Part shown: piece after piece, positions 20,363 to 30,289 of the stretch
Layout of the letters: every line of letters begins with the position of its first letter
Position numbering within the stretch: position 1 is the stretch's first letter
Notes under the pieces: generated by a model
The model's input: only the letters and a program-made list of their open reading frames with translations
The model's database searches: none
What the model was told of the DNA's origin: nothing
Translations under genes and position numbers: made by a program
Source: a bacterium
Lineage (GTDB): Bacteria > SAR324 > XYD2-FULL-50-16 > G965216635
DNA: 64,000 bases
Direction: 5' to 3'
NCBI GenBank assembly: GCA_965216635.1
Contig: OZ244188.1
Coordinates: 1,408,001 to 1,472,000 of the forward strand

Positions 20363-20990
20363 TTCTTACCCAAAGCCTACTTATTGGAAACAAGCTCTAA
20401 ATGAGTTAAGCCAAAAAGATAAAATTTTAGCAAAAATTATAGCTAATAATTCCAAACAAAAATTGACGAGCAAAGGAGATGCTTTTTTGACTTTAGTTCG
20501 CTCTGTTGTAGGACAACAAATATCTATTCAAGCTGCAGCTTCTATTTGGCAAAAAATGGAATCTTCTGTATCAAAAGTCGCCTATAAAAATTTCTTGCGT
20601 CTTTCTTTAGAAAAAATGGCTTCTTTTGGACTTTCCAAACAAAAGGTGTCCTATATTCAAAATATAGCCGAGCATTTTCAAAAAAATAAAATCAATAATT
20701 CCTATTACTGGCAAGGAAGAGATTACAAAAATATTTTTGACGAGCTCGTGCAAATTAAAGGAATAGGTCCTTGGACAATAGAAATGTTTGCTATTTTTTA
20801 TTTACTAGAACCAGATATTTTTCCGATAAAAGACTTAGGTATAATGCGGGCTATGAATAATCTCTATAATAAAGGAAAGCCTTTAGAAGTAGAACAAGTT
20901 TTAGCAATTTCAAAGAAATGGAAACCTTGGAGAACAGTGGCTTCTTTTTTTATGTGGAACTCTATTGATTCGGATATTGTGGATTATTAG
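20352..20990 (+). CDS. alkA: DNA-3-methyladenine glycosylase II family (HhH-GPD)
   Basis: VGQQISIQAA, IKGIGPWT, DIFP.KDLG, WKPWRT. Confidence 0.88.
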   Translation: MSTNSYPKPTYWKQALNELSQKDKILAKIIANNSKQKLTSKGDAFLTLVRSVVGQQISIQAAASIWQKMESSVSKVAYKNFLRLSLEKMASFGLSKQKVSYIQNIAEHFQKNKINNSYYWQGRDYKNIFDELVQIKGIGPWTIEMFAIFYLLEPDIFPIKDLGIMRAMNNLYNKGKPLEVEQVLAISKKWKPWRTVASFFMWNSIDSDIVDY

Positions 20991-21073
20991 AAATATTTGG
21001 AGAAAAAAGTATTTAATTTTCAAATTTTTTATTGTATAAAATAGGTATTTACTTTAATCAATCTCTTAAAATA

Positions 21074-21346
21074 ATGAAAAAACAAAAAACAATATCGGAT
21101 AAATGGCACGAATTAATAGATATTGAGGATACTTCTACGAGAAAAAATGACTGGAATACGGATTTTAAGATGCCGTCAGTAGAAAGGTATGTACGTTTGA
21201 AATCGGATAATCGCACCCATACGATAAAAGGAAAAGGATATGTTATATCGGATAACCGCACCTACATGCTAAAAGGAAAAGGACACGTCCAATCTGATAA
21301 CCGCACTTATATAATAAAAGAAAAGGAATATGCCGAATCGGAATGA
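21074..21346 (+). CDS. Small hypothetical protein with three 15-aa SDNRT repeats, coupled to downstream protease
   Basis: 45-bp repeats at 21202, 21247, 21292 stay in frame; 17-nt overlap with protease; ATG at 21074 or TTG at 21032. Confidence 0.6.
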   Translation: MKKQKTISDKWHELIDIEDTSTRKNDWNTDFKMPSVERYVRLKSDNRTHTIKGKGYVISDNRTYMLKGKGHVQSDNRTYIIKEKEYAESE

Positions 21347-22214
21347 TATACTAGATGAGATCAAAAAAGAAGAAAATCCTTTAAGCCCTTTAGATAGAGT
21401 AAGGATAAAGTATCTTCAAAAATTATCAAAATACACAAAAAGAAATATTATTACCTATTATTCTGGGTTCTTTAAGAATGTAGGCACTGCAGATATCTCT
21501 ATCAATTATGAAGATAAAAATGGTTTTATGGCTGTTATTTATCAGATGGACAAAAAAAGAGGTTTAGACCTTATTTTGCATACACTGGGCGGTAATGTTG
21601 CTGCCACAGAATCGTTAGTGTATTATTTAAAAAGTATATTTGGTAATAATATTCGCGCTATTATTCCTCAAATTGCTATGTCGGCTGGAACAATGATTGC
21701 CTGTAGTTGCAAAAGTATTGTAATGGGTAAGCATTCTAACCTTGGCCCTATAGACCCACAGCTAAATGGAATACCAGTTGCAGGAGTAAAAAGAGAGTTT
21801 GAAAAAGCTTACAAAGAAATTAAAGAAGATCCTGTAAAGATAGAAGTGTGGCGTCCAATTTTAGAAAAATATTCTCCTACATTTTTAGAGCAATGCGGAT
21901 TGGCTGTTGAGAGATCTAAGGTTTTTACTGAGGAAAGTCTAAAAGAAAATATGCTGGTAAATACTCCTGAAAAGGCTACTAATATTGTTAAAGAATTGTC
22001 TGATTTTGAAAAAAACAAAGCCCACGATAAACATTTTCATATAGATGATTGTCAAAAAATGGGACTAACAATTGAATCATTAGAAGAAAACAATGCATTA
22101 CAAGATGCAGTTCTTTCTGTCCACCATTGCTATATGCACACCTTTAGCAATACAAATGCTGTAAAAATCATTGAAAACCAAGAAGGAAAATCATTTATAA
22201 AGACAATTTCTTAG
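21330..22214 (+). CDS. SDH-family Clp-fold serine protease (S49-like)
   Basis: LDLILHTLGG..AATE, PQIAMSAGTM, LGPIDPQ, downstream His (AHDKH). Confidence 0.88.
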   Translation: MPNRNDILDEIKKEENPLSPLDRVRIKYLQKLSKYTKRNIITYYSGFFKNVGTADISINYEDKNGFMAVIYQMDKKRGLDLILHTLGGNVAATESLVYYLKSIFGNNIRAIIPQIAMSAGTMIACSCKSIVMGKHSNLGPIDPQLNGIPVAGVKREFEKAYKEIKEDPVKIEVWRPILEKYSPTFLEQCGLAVERSKVFTEESLKENMLVNTPEKATNIVKELSDFEKNKAHDKHFHIDDCQKMGLTIESLEENNALQDAVLSVHHCYMHTFSNTNAVKIIENQEGKSFIKTIS

Positions 22215-22242
22215 CAATATTGTTTCTTTTTAAAACAAATCT

Positions 22243-22638
22243 TTAATCCTTTTTTTTCCACCAAAAAGTATTATCTTCAATCGGATCATAATATCTCCTT
22301 ACTCCATAAAGATAAATGTAGGAGCCGTAGTGTTGGTCTGCTTCGTGGAATAGTCTATCTCCAATTAAAAGAATGCCTGTTAAGATACCTTCTTGCTGAA
22401 TAGCTTGGTAGCCGTAGGCGGAGCCCGTCGGATAACTCAAACTTCGTGCACCATCTGCGGGGCTAATTACTCTGGAATAGAATAAAACTAAACTTCCAAA
22501 AACCGTTTTATTTATATTTGTCTCTAGGTAGCTTCTTTTTTTTATATTAGCTGGTTTGCGAAAAGGAGCTTTCATATTTGCCAAGGCAGAAGTAAGCGAA
22601 AAACATATCAAAACCAGAAAAATAAAAAATTTATTCAT
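22243..22638 (-). CDS. YidD-like membrane protein insertion efficiency factor family protein
   Basis: FYSRVISP.DG....YPT.SAY..QAI...G...G.LL..DRL; the usual cysteines are replaced. Confidence 0.6.
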   Translation of the reverse strand: MNKFFIFLVLICFSLTSALANMKAPFRKPANIKKRSYLETNINKTVFGSLVLFYSRVISPADGARSLSYPTGSAYGYQAIQQEGILTGILLIGDRLFHEADQHYGSYIYLYGVRRYYDPIEDNTFWWKKKD

Positions 22639-22927
22639 CAGATTCTCGAGCTGGAGGGAAAAAAATCATCACCTCGTTTTCTGCGAGGTAGAGTAATTTA
22701 TTTTTGATTTCATACTCATAATAGGCTCCTTCATTTTTTAAGGCTTGCAGTTTATGAAATAATAATCTTTTGCCTAATTCTTGTTCTTTAATTTGGAGGT
22801 CTAGTTGCTCTTTTTTTTTTACTAGCTTGGCGTAACTAATTAAACCTTTATCTCCAAAAACTAGAAAAAACAAAATCAAACAGTACAAAAAAACTATAGC
22901 ATAGCTGAATAACAAAAATCCTCTCAT
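22631..22927 (-). CDS. Septum formation initiator (FtsB/DivIC family)
   Basis: TM helix, FGDKGL, coiled coil, L......E ending. Confidence 0.72.
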   Translation of the reverse strand: MRGFLLFSYAIVFLYCLILFFLVFGDKGLISYAKLVKKKEQLDLQIKEQELGKRLLFHKLQALKNEGAYYEYEIKNKLLYLAENEVMIFFPPARESDE

Positions 22928-23364
22928 TGATTAAAGTGAAGTTTTGTAGGATCGGTTAAATCTATTTCTCTATAAAAGCAACTTTCTCTATTTTTGCCAC
23001 TAGAATTTAAAGTATGGCAAATTCCGTGTTTGTTTTTTTTTACAAAAAAAAGTAGACTATTTTGTTCGCAGTTAACTTTAATTTTTGTGATTTGAAATTT
23101 ATTACCAGAAGTAGCTCCTTTTACCCATAGCTCATTCCTAGTAGTGCTCCAAAGAGTTAAAATTTTTGTCGTTAAAGATTTAGCTAAGGCTTCTTGATTG
23201 ATATAGGCTAAAAGTAAGACTTCTTTGCTGATTTCATCTTGCACAACAACGGGCAGTAAGTTATTTAATGGCAAGCTAGCTATTTTAGATAAATCCCATT
23301 TTTTACAATTCCATCTTTTAAAGTCTAGGGTGAGTTGTTTTGTTTTTTCAATATTTTGCATCAT
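22924..23364 (-). CDS. hisI: Phosphoribosyl-AMP cyclohydrolase
   Basis: LPVVVQD, WSTTRNELWVKGATSGN, NCEQNSL, CHT, SCFYR. Confidence 0.92.
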   Translation of the reverse strand: MMQNIEKTKQLTLDFKRWNCKKWDLSKIASLPLNNLLPVVVQDEISKEVLLLAYINQEALAKSLTTKILTLWSTTRNELWVKGATSGNKFQITKIKVNCEQNSLLFFVKKNKHGICHTLNSSGKNRESCFYREIDLTDPTKLHFNQ

Positions 23365-23365
23365 T

Positions 23366-23935
23366 ATGAATATATTAGTTATCTCAGAAAATCAACTTCC
23401 TCGCTTTATAGAAGAATTTTTTGAACAAACCAAAGACAACACATTTACAGCTAGAGGTAGTATTCAATGTCAGTTTATATTAAATACAAAAAAAATTCAG
23501 CGGATATTCTTTTTTTATACCAGAGCTACCCAAAAAATAGAAAATGATATTATCCAAGTTATCAATAAAAAATCAATTCCTGTGGTTTTATTTCTTGAGA
23601 CGCAAGAAGAAAACTTCTCTTTTCAAAAATCTAGTATTGCGCAACATTATTGTGATATTTTTCTAGACGAACCGCAAACCAAAATTTTAGATAAAATACT
23701 CTTTTTTCTCCAACCCATTACTGATACAGCAACTGATACGACAATGGTAAAAAAAACAAGCAATTATCTTTTTAAAAATTACTTTGCTAAATTTACCAAG
23801 AAAAAATTTGCTACTCAAAAAACTAATCCCCAGCTTCCTCTTGCTTCTTATCTGGAAGTTTCTAATGCCGAAAAAGAAGTATTGCTGAAAAACTTAAGCG
23901 AAACAAGCAAGAAAAAAATCAAAGACTTGTTTTAG
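23366..23935 (+). CDS. Hypothetical protein (possibly degenerate receiver-like N-terminus)
   Basis: ORF from the ATG at 23366 (MNILVISE) avoids overlap with hisI. Confidence 0.55.
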   Translation: MNILVISENQLPRFIEEFFEQTKDNTFTARGSIQCQFILNTKKIQRIFFFYTRATQKIENDIIQVINKKSIPVVLFLETQEENFSFQKSSIAQHYCDIFLDEPQTKILDKILFFLQPITDTATDTTMVKKTSNYLFKNYFAKFTKKKFATQKTNPQLPLASYLEVSNAEKEVLLKNLSETSKKKIKDLF

Positions 23936-24705
23936 TTGGTTTTTGTGATTAAATCTGTGTGAGATAATTTTAGACCTACAAGATTACTATCGGTTGGTAT
24001 TACTTCACTACTAAAGTTATAAACTGTTTCTGCTATAATCGTTTCAAAAATAATTTTCTGCCCAGCATTGAGAACATAGTCTTCTTTTTCAATTTGTGGA
24101 TAACTCACTAAAAAATAAGATTCGTAGTTTTCTATTACTTTTGTCTCAAAGGAAATATTATAAGAAGAATCAGGGATGGATGCTTTTAAAATACACCCGT
24201 TGTGTAGCTGTTGCGTTCTTACAAAGGATGCCTCAGGGTTGATGGTAGTAAATTGTAACTTGTGTCTGATTTGTGAAAGATCATTTTCTTCTGTGGTAGC
24301 AAGGTTTTCTTTTTTTGTATATTCGCCAAGTAGTTTTTCAAAGTAATTAATATTTTCAAAAAAAAGTTTAGGATTCTTCTCGTTAGCGATAATTTTGGTA
24401 ATCAAGGGGGTAAAGCTTTCGTTAATACCGTGGGTTTTGACTAAATCAGATATTGTCTCTTTGTTTTTTGCCAATAAACCACCCAGTAAAGCAGATAAAT
24501 TTTTTCTCAAAAAGAGTAAGTAGACGAACAACACAAAACACAAAAGGGCACCGCTGCTCCAAATATAGATCCGAGTTTCTTTTGTAAAATAAGACCAAAA
24601 TTCTAAAGATACTAACCAATCCATAGGATCCGTAAATATTGGTTTTGTGTTTTCTAGCAGTTTTTGAAAAAATTCTTCTACTGAGAGATATATTTGTTTA
24701 ATCAT
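23932..24705 (-). CDS. Membrane-anchored hypothetical protein, possible YcgR/PilZ-N-like beta domain
   Basis: One TM helix; C-terminal FETKVI..FLVSYP..VYNFSSEVI..LKLSH pattern. Confidence 0.5.
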   Translation of the reverse strand: MIKQIYLSVEEFFQKLLENTKPIFTDPMDWLVSLEFWSYFTKETRIYIWSSGALLCFVLFVYLLFLRKNLSALLGGLLAKNKETISDLVKTHGINESFTPLITKIIANEKNPKLFFENINYFEKLLGEYTKKENLATTEENDLSQIRHKLQFTTINPEASFVRTQQLHNGCILKASIPDSSYNISFETKVIENYESYFLVSYPQIEKEDYVLNAGQKIIFETIIAETVYNFSSEVIPTDSNLVGLKLSHTDLITKTN

Positions 24706-24706
24706 A

Positions 24707-26263
24707 TTATTTTGTGAATTCAGTTAGTATATTTTCATCTTTTTTAAAATAAGTATCTTGCTCTTGGGATAAAAATTTTTCAGAAGAAGCAGTTTCATCG
24801 CTTAAGGTGTTTTTTAGAGCTTGTGCTATCTCAAACAAAATAGAGCATTCGTCTTTACCCGCAATGGGGAGTATAGCGGGATTGTTTTGTTGTACAATAC
24901 CATGTTTATTTGTAAATGTCCCTTTTTTTTCTAAATGAGTCTGAGTGGGTATTACTAAATGAGCCTTGGTAGTCAAGATTGTTTCCAAGGAACTTAGATA
25001 TAAAACAAAGGGTATAGCATTTAATAAATCTAAAAACCAGTCCTGTAGCATTCCATTTTCTAAAACCATCAGAAAATCAATCTTTTTTTTGCTTGTTTGC
25101 AGTTTTTTAAAATCGGGTTGATTGGCTATGTCTATTTTTTCTAGTCCTGCAGAATTAGGAGATCTGTCGTTCATAAAAAGCGTTTTAATAAATTTTTCAT
25201 TTTTTTTATGAGGATGTTCTTTGGGTTTTTCTGGTATGTAAATTTCTGCTTTGTTTAAAAAATTATTACAAAAATCTTTGAGTGCTTGTATTTCTTCATT
25301 GGTAGATTGATTAGAAGCTATAACTACTATTCTGGAATCTGGTTTCAATTTTTGAATTTTTTCTTTGATAATTTCTACTGCTTTTTGCCAAGTGGTGGTT
25401 TCTTTTTTCCATAAATAATTTAGTTGTCTTTGTTGTTTGTTCACCAATTTATGAAAACTTAATCTGCCGTGATCACACATCCACCATTTATTAATTGCCA
25501 TATTCTCCCTAGGCAAAAAACGATAAACCTGTCCTTTATAGTAAGAGATATTAATATTGCAACCTGTGGAACATCCTGCGCAAACAGAAGCTACTTTTTT
25601 CTCCAACCACACTCTATTCTTAAAACGAAAATCTTTTGTAGTAATAGCTCCTACTGGACAAATATCAGCTAAATTTCCTTGAAAATTATCAAACAACGGA
25701 TGGTCAACGAAAGTGTCTACTGTAAGTTGGTAGTTTCTACCAAATACTCCTATTTCGTGAGTGCCGGTAATTTCTTGTGTGAAACGCACGCAGCGGGTAC
25801 AGTGAATACAGCGGTTTCTTTCTAGTTGTAAAAAACTTCCTATATCTCGGAAACCATAAACCCTTTTTTCGTGATTTACTATAGATTTACCTGTGCCATA
25901 CTTAAAGGAAAAATCCTGTAGCTCGCACTCTCCTGATTGATCACAAATAGCACAATCTAAAGGATGGTTGACGAGCAAAAACTCCATAATTGCGTGTCTC
26001 GCAGATTTCACTTTATCATTTTTTGTGACTATCTTCATCCCTTCCACTACAGCTGTAGAGCAAGCTGTTTGTAGTTTCGGTATAGCTTTTCCGTTACCTG
26101 CATCTACTACATCTACAAGACACATCCTACAGGTAGCTACTCTACTCATGGATTCGTGGGCGCAGTAATGCGGTATAAACTTTTTTTCTCTTAAAGCAGC
26201 TCTTAGAATATCATCTCCTTTTTGAAAGGGGATTTTTTTATTGTCTAGTATAAATTCTGCCAT
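24707..26263 (-). CDS. nuoG: NADH-quinone oxidoreductase subunit G (short form)
   Basis: IPHYC, CRMCLV, NHPLDCAICDQSGECELQD, RCIHCTRCVRF; ATG at 26263 preferred. Confidence 0.92.
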   Translation of the reverse strand: MAEFILDNKKIPFQKGDDILRAALREKKFIPHYCAHESMSRVATCRMCLVDVVDAGNGKAIPKLQTACSTAVVEGMKIVTKNDKVKSARHAIMEFLLVNHPLDCAICDQSGECELQDFSFKYGTGKSIVNHEKRVYGFRDIGSFLQLERNRCIHCTRCVRFTQEITGTHEIGVFGRNYQLTVDTFVDHPLFDNFQGNLADICPVGAITTKDFRFKNRVWLEKKVASVCAGCSTGCNINISYYKGQVYRFLPRENMAINKWWMCDHGRLSFHKLVNKQQRQLNYLWKKETTTWQKAVEIIKEKIQKLKPDSRIVVIASNQSTNEEIQALKDFCNNFLNKAEIYIPEKPKEHPHKKNEKFIKTLFMNDRSPNSAGLEKIDIANQPDFKKLQTSKKKIDFLMVLENGMLQDWFLDLLNAIPFVLYLSSLETILTTKAHLVIPTQTHLEKKGTFTNKHGIVQQNNPAILPIAGKDECSILFEIAQALKNTLSDETASSEKFLSQEQDTYFKKDENILTEFTK

Positions 26264-26362
26264 CTTTTTGTTTCTAAAATAAGACCGTTGCATAGGCTAT
26301 AAAAACAAACCGCGCCTAAACCCAGCAAATTGCAATGGTCTTAAAATTATTTTAGCGGATTT

Positions 26363-27619
26363 TTATTTTTTATTCAAATAAACTTCAAATTCAGGGCGAA
26401 ATTTTTCAATATAGGAGCAAACAGGCATAGCGCCAGCATCTCCTAACGCACAAAGTGTGTTGCCTATAATATTAGATGCAACTTTGTAGATGGCATCAAT
26501 GCTATCCATTTCTGCTCTGCCTCTTATTAAATCTACCAGCATAATACGGATCCAATTCAAACCTTCACGGCAGGGAGTACATTGCCCACAAGATTCGTAA
26601 TTGTAAAAGCAAACCAAACGGTGTAAAAATGCTACTAAATCTACATCTTCGTCTATTACTATAATACCGCAAGAACCCATCAAACTACCTGCTTTTTGTA
26701 CAGAATCAAAATCATAGTTTATATTAATTTCACTGGCTTTGAGAATAGGCACTGAGGAGCCACCAGGGATAACTGCTTTGAGTTTTTTTCCGGCTAGCAT
26801 ACCTCCTGCTAAATCTTCAATAATAGATTTCAGATTTTCTCCCATTTTCACCTCATATACAGCGGGTTTTTTTACCTGTCCAGAAATACAAACTAATCTA
26901 GTTCCAGTATTATTAGGAGTACCATTTTCTTGGAATTTTTTTGCTCCAAATCTTATAATACTTGGAAGATTACAGAGAGTTTCCACATTATTAACACTAG
27001 TAGGGCAAGCATCAAAACCTTCTATAGCTGGAAATGGGGGTTTGATACGAGGCTCTCCTCTTTTACCTTCTAAAGAATCTAAAAGAGCGGTTTCTTCTCC
27101 ACAAATATAAGCTCCTGCACCTGGGTGGATAGTAATTTCTACAGAAAATTTTTTTCCAAATGTTGTTTTTCCTAAGTATTTTTTTGCTTTGAGTTCATCC
27201 ATTGCTTTGTATAGCCTTTCCATTGCTTCTACAAATTCTCCGCGCACATAGATATAGGTATGCCTGCAATTTACAGCATAACAACCAATCAATAAGCCTT
27301 CTAGCAAAAGATGAGGGTCTTTAAGCATCAATTCTCTGTCCTTACAGGTGCCGGGTTCTCCTTCATCAGCGTTGCAGATTAAATAATTGGCTTTTTTTGT
27401 GTTTTTTGCCATAAAACTCCACTTCAATCCAGTAGGAAAACCCGCCCCGCCTCTTCCTCTTAAACCAGATTCTTTAACTAAAGCTACAACTTCTTCGGGG
27501 CTCATACTCAAGGCTTTTTTAAGTCCTAGGTAGCCTCCGTTGTCTTCGTATTCTTGTAGGCTTCCAGTATAATTTTTCTTGCGGATATTAGAAAATAAAA
27601 CTAAGGTTTCTTGTAACAT
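26363..27619 (-). CDS. nuoF: NADH-quinone oxidoreductase subunit F
   Basis: SGLRGRGGAGFPTG, GAGAYICGEETAL, ESCGQCTPCREG. Confidence 0.97.
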   Translation of the reverse strand: MLQETLVLFSNIRKKNYTGSLQEYEDNGGYLGLKKALSMSPEEVVALVKESGLRGRGGAGFPTGLKWSFMAKNTKKANYLICNADEGEPGTCKDRELMLKDPHLLLEGLLIGCYAVNCRHTYIYVRGEFVEAMERLYKAMDELKAKKYLGKTTFGKKFSVEITIHPGAGAYICGEETALLDSLEGKRGEPRIKPPFPAIEGFDACPTSVNNVETLCNLPSIIRFGAKKFQENGTPNNTGTRLVCISGQVKKPAVYEVKMGENLKSIIEDLAGGMLAGKKLKAVIPGGSSVPILKASEININYDFDSVQKAGSLMGSCGIIVIDEDVDLVAFLHRLVCFYNYESCGQCTPCREGLNWIRIMLVDLIRGRAEMDSIDAIYKVASNIIGNTLCALGDAGAMPVCSYIEKFRPEFEVYLNKK

Positions 27620-27628
27620 CTTCAGTTT

Positions 27629-28096
27629 TTATTTAGAATTGGCGTCTATGATTTTATCTACTTTTTCAGTAGTTAAATTTTCTTGGTATTTATTATTGAC
27701 TATCATTACAGGAGCAGCACTACAGGCACCTAAACATTCTACTGTCTCTAAAAAAAAATTGCTTGTTGGATTGTTTTCGTGGGCTTTCACTTCCAGTTTA
27801 TTTTCTAAATGTTTCACAATTTCAGTGGCACCTTTTATCCAGCAACTTAAATTTGTACAAACAGAAATTTGATTTTTGGCTCTTTTTTTTTGGACGAACA
27901 TACTATAAAAGCTCACTACTCCTTGGACATGGTTAAAGGATATTTCGCACATTTTTGCTATGTGATGCACAGCATCGGAATCTATTTCACCTTTCTCTTT
28001 TTGGACTAGGTGCAAAAGAGGAAGGAGTGCATACTGCTTTTTAGGGTATTTTTTAAACAATTTTTTAGCGGTATTTTTAAAGTCGGTAGAAAACAT
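27629..28096 (-). CDS. nuoE: NADH-quinone oxidoreductase subunit E
   Basis: SFYSMF, CTNLSC, ECLGACSAAP. Confidence 0.95.
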   Translation of the reverse strand: MFSTDFKNTAKKLFKKYPKKQYALLPLLHLVQKEKGEIDSDAVHHIAKMCEISFNHVQGVVSFYSMFVQKKRAKNQISVCTNLSCWIKGATEIVKHLENKLEVKAHENNPTSNFFLETVECLGACSAAPVMIVNNKYQENLTTEKVDKIIDANSK

Positions 28097-28122
28097 TATT
28101 TTTTTACAGTATGTCTATTTTA

Positions 28123-28300
28123 TAGACCTTTGAATTTCGCTGATGCTTACCCCACTATTTGGCTAGCCAAATGGGAAATAAGTGCGAAAAAAATTTTTAG
28201 CTCGCTGGAATGTGTAAGTATTTCAAGAGTTAAAAAAAATTTTCAACACTGCATAGGCTAAACAGCTAGTTTTGTCCTATTTGGCAAATTCAAAAGTCTA
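28123..28300. mobile_element. Complete MITE-like element
   Basis: tagacctttgaattt ... aaattcaaaagtcta with the shared core. Confidence 0.87.
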
Positions 28301-28370
28301 TTCTATTCTATTTATTTTACTTTAGCTATACTAGAGTGGATAAAAAAATTCAACCTATATTTTTCAATTT

Positions 28371-30035
28371 ATGTCTTCCAAGCAACAAATAAAAAACCTG
28401 ATAAATCGTTTTAAGACAAGTCGTTTCTTAATTCAAATCATATTAGATGGCTACGGCATAGGAAAAAAAGATTTCACCAATGCCATTTTTCAGGCAAAAA
28501 CTCCTTATATGGATTATCTGCTTAAAAACTATGCCAATACAGAGCTTTTTACTCACGGAAAATTTGTTGGTTTGCCCGATGAAAACAGTTTGGGTAGTTC
28601 TGAGATAGGGCATAGCACCATAGGAGCTGGACGAGTCAATCTACAACTTCCTAGTTTAATTCAAAAAAAAATAGCAGATGGTAGTTTTGCGAAAGAGCCT
28701 ACTCTTTTAGAACTTTTCAGAAAGGCAAAAAAAAACTCATTGCACCTTGTTGGCTTGTTATCCGATGGCAACATTCATAGCAATATTCACCATTTAGAAA
28801 CAATTATACTAGAAGCGGAGAAAAATGGAGTTAGCCGTTGCTTCTTGCACGCTCTTTTAGACGGTAGAGATGTTGGTGTGCAGAGTGCTTTGGACTATAC
28901 TGCAAGAATTCAAATGCTTTTTCAGAAAATTAAAAGTAGAAATCCTAGTTTTGAATATGCGTTTGCTTCTGCTGGTGGTAGAGAATATACAACAATGGAT
29001 AGAGCCGAAAATTGGTACTTAGTGCAAAGAGGTTGGGATGCTCATGTTAGAGGAAAAGCAGAGTTTTGTTTTGATTCTGTAAAAGAAGGAATTGAGCATT
29101 TTCGTCAAAAAAACCCTCAAATTGTAGACCAAAACATTCCAGCTTTTAATATAAGAAATTTCCTCAATAACAAAACAGCTAAAAAAACGGTTGCGATGCA
29201 AGATGGAGATGCTGTTTTTTTTTTCAATTTCAGATCAGATAGAGCATCAGAATTTTGCTCTGCTTTAGAGGATAAGAATTTTTCAGAATTTCCTACTCCA
29301 GATAGACCTAATATCTATTTTGCTGCTATGTGTGTCTATAATCAAGATAAAAATACCCCTAAAAATAGAATAATAGAGCCATTTGCAAAAAAAAAAAATT
29401 TTGGAGAATGTTTAGTAGAAAAAAAAATTAAACAGTTTCGTTTAACAGAGACCCAAAAATATCCCCATGTAACTTTTTTTTATAATGGAGGCTATCGCAA
29501 GCCATTGGAGCAAAAATTAGAAACCTATCATTGTATTCAGTCTGATAATCCCGAACTTTTCTCCCAAATGCCTCAAATGAAAGCCAAAGAAATAACAAAA
29601 CAGGCGATAAAGTTTATTAAGAGTAAAGAGTATTCTTTTGGTTTAATTAATTTTCCTAATCCTGATATGGTAGGACATACTGGAAATTTTCAAGCTACTA
29701 AAAAAGCCATAGAAATATTAGATGGATGCCTGCAAAAAATTTGTGAGGTGATAATCCAAAATAATGGAACAGCAATCATTACAGCGGACCATGGAAACGC
29801 TGATGAAATGATTATCCAAACTACTGATAAAAAAGTTCAACCCAGTACCAAACATTCATTGAATCCAGTGCCTTTTATCATTTTAGATAAAAACTATCAA
29901 AATCAATATCAACTACAAAAAAACAGCTCAAAAAATCCTTTAACGCTTGCAAGTATTGCTGCTACTAGCTTTCTTTTATTAGGAAAAGAGCCTCCTAAGA
30001 CTATGGATATTGATTTATTTAAAAAAAATTTGTGA
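28371..30035 (+). CDS. gpmI: 2,3-bisphosphoglycerate-independent phosphoglycerate mutase
   Basis: ILDGYG, GSSEIGH, DGRD, NFRSDRA, PDMVGHTG, TADHGN. Confidence 0.96.
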   Translation: MSSKQQIKNLINRFKTSRFLIQIILDGYGIGKKDFTNAIFQAKTPYMDYLLKNYANTELFTHGKFVGLPDENSLGSSEIGHSTIGAGRVNLQLPSLIQKKIADGSFAKEPTLLELFRKAKKNSLHLVGLLSDGNIHSNIHHLETIILEAEKNGVSRCFLHALLDGRDVGVQSALDYTARIQMLFQKIKSRNPSFEYAFASAGGREYTTMDRAENWYLVQRGWDAHVRGKAEFCFDSVKEGIEHFRQKNPQIVDQNIPAFNIRNFLNNKTAKKTVAMQDGDAVFFFNFRSDRASEFCSALEDKNFSEFPTPDRPNIYFAAMCVYNQDKNTPKNRIIEPFAKKKNFGECLVEKKIKQFRLTETQKYPHVTFFYNGGYRKPLEQKLETYHCIQSDNPELFSQMPQMKAKEITKQAIKFIKSKEYSFGLINFPNPDMVGHTGNFQATKKAIEILDGCLQKICEVIIQNNGTAIITADHGNADEMIIQTTDKKVQPSTKHSLNPVPFIILDKNYQNQYQLQKNSSKNPLTLASIAATSFLLLGKEPPKTMDIDLFKKNL

Positions 30036-30110
30036 AAAATCAATTTTTTAATTCATTTTGCCCCGATTTTGCTTATAAGCCTATAGAGATTTACGAGATT
30101 GGAATAGAAG

Positions 30111-30207
30111 TTGAATCTTTGAAGTAGACATTCTAGTTCGGCTATGCTGCATTAAAATTTTTTTGCCTAGCCTAGCTTTTCTATAATGCCTAATTCAAAG
30201 GTTTCAA
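30111..30207. mobile_element. Internally deleted MITE-like element (subtype of the 46283 copy)
   Basis: tttgaagtagacattctagttcggctat ... ctataatgcctaattcaaagg. Confidence 0.75.
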
Positions 30208-30289
30208 TTTGTAGTGAAATAATTTATAAATACAATTTACTTGATATAAATTTATCTGATTTTTTACTTTAAATAAAAAAAGAGCCACA

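Noticed and set aside
19439..22214. Prophage or integrative element around the recombinase
   Set aside because: No structural, replication or conjugation genes and no att repeats seen
23225..23365. 5' extension of the plus-strand hypothetical ORF
   Set aside because: Antisense overlap with hisI; the ATG at 23366 is more plausible
28010..28261. 83-aa ORF
   Set aside because: Antisense to nuoE and runs into a MITE copy
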